DNA of 63,462 bases, the filler included, from Olpidium bornovanus S191 (Eukaryota; Fungi; Olpidiomycota), in assembly GCA_017911155.1 (NCBI GenBank). It is 29 parts of 29 records of this genome, joined end to end, with 100 filler letters (N's around TTAATTAATTAA, not from the genome) between each part and the next. Parts side by side here need not be neighbours in the genome. Positions count along the whole stretch, not along the records: positions 61,623 to 63,462 come from JAEFCI010000688.1; 28 more parts are not named here. One strand, given 5' to 3'. Within the stretch, counting starts at the first letter, position 1; each line of letters starts with the position of its first letter. A model generated the notes under the pieces. The model was not told the DNA's origin and ran no database searches. It saw nothing but the letters and a program-made list of their open reading frames with translations. Below, piece after piece: positions 62,791-63,462 of the stretch. Both the position numbers and the translations under genes were made by a program.

Positions 62791-63462
62791 CGTCCGCGGT
62801 TGCCAAATCTCTCTTCGGTGACAGAACGGGCAAACCGAAAAAAAAAAAAAACCACCGCTAAAGGCAGCCCCACAACCCTTTAACCAATCCTGGGCCCTCC
62901 TAACCCTGCACGCCCCTCGCTCTCGTCCTCGACATGTTCCTCATCCTCACACTTGACTTCGACAATTCTCTTCGCCAGATCGTGCAGCATGCCTCGAACC
63001 GTTGGACTTACGATGCTTTGCTGCCAGCCATGCAAAACACAGCCTGAGCAACTTGCCACAGGCTTCCAACAAAAAAAAAAAAAAAACCAGCGGCAACTTG
63101 TAACCGCGTCGACAGCAGCTGACTCCATGCCTGATTCACGCGTGGTAAGGGTTGGGGCGGCGCGGCGGCGGCGGGAGCGGGGACGGACGAGCAAGTTTAT
63201 GTCGAATCTCCCTTCCATTCTACGTCTTCCCGATCTTTCCCACCTGAGAGCTCGTCGACCCAGGGCGGAAAATGCAGAAAAGTTTGGGTCTTTGACGAGG
63301 TGACCACGGCGCCGTTGCCTGGGGGCTTCGTTCGCATTGCACATGCAAGTCGTCCCTCGGATAATTCATTTCCGAATCGCTATGTTCGCGTCTTAGGAAA
63401 AAAAAAATGCAACGTTGTTGTTTTTCCCTGGTTAAAAGCGTTATCGTTTGGATCCGTCGAAA

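Noticed and set aside
61761-63344. ORFs 61761-62234 and 62880-63344 as transposase or gene fragments
   Set aside because: No diagnostic motif; possibly real exons but unsupported.

Overview
This is eukaryotic DNA and not one locus. It is 29 short assembly pieces (about 1-6.6 kb) joined by 28 identical 100-nt artificial linkers (44 N + TTAATTAATTAA + 44 N), so adjacency across linkers carries no biological meaning. The genes are GC-rich, contain spliceosomal introns and are mostly truncated. Fungal-type genes include NoxR, PHO88, a Trk K+ transporter, a Sam35/metaxin-like protein, an MscS-like channel, a Spd1/Dif1-like RNR inhibitor, mitochondrial IleRS, uridine phosphorylase, SRP68, a rhodanese-domain phosphatase, a PHD-finger protein and an atypical G-alpha. 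Cilium/sperm-associated genes include IFT139/TTC21B, KATNAL2, CCDC87-like and profilin-4-like. This mix suggests a flagellated (zoosporic) fungus, possibly Olpidium-like (inference). Decayed Ty1/copia, Ty3/gypsy (including a chromovirus) and hAT elements are abundant. I found no rRNA, tRNA, CRISPR array or multi-gene system. The best leads are a G-alpha with substitutions at two GTPase-critical positions, a near-complete profilin-4-like gene, a 59-aa secreted four-Cys peptide, and a retroelement family scattered over three pieces. There are also strong library signatures: CATG at piece ends, a fold-back duplication and poly-C/G tails.
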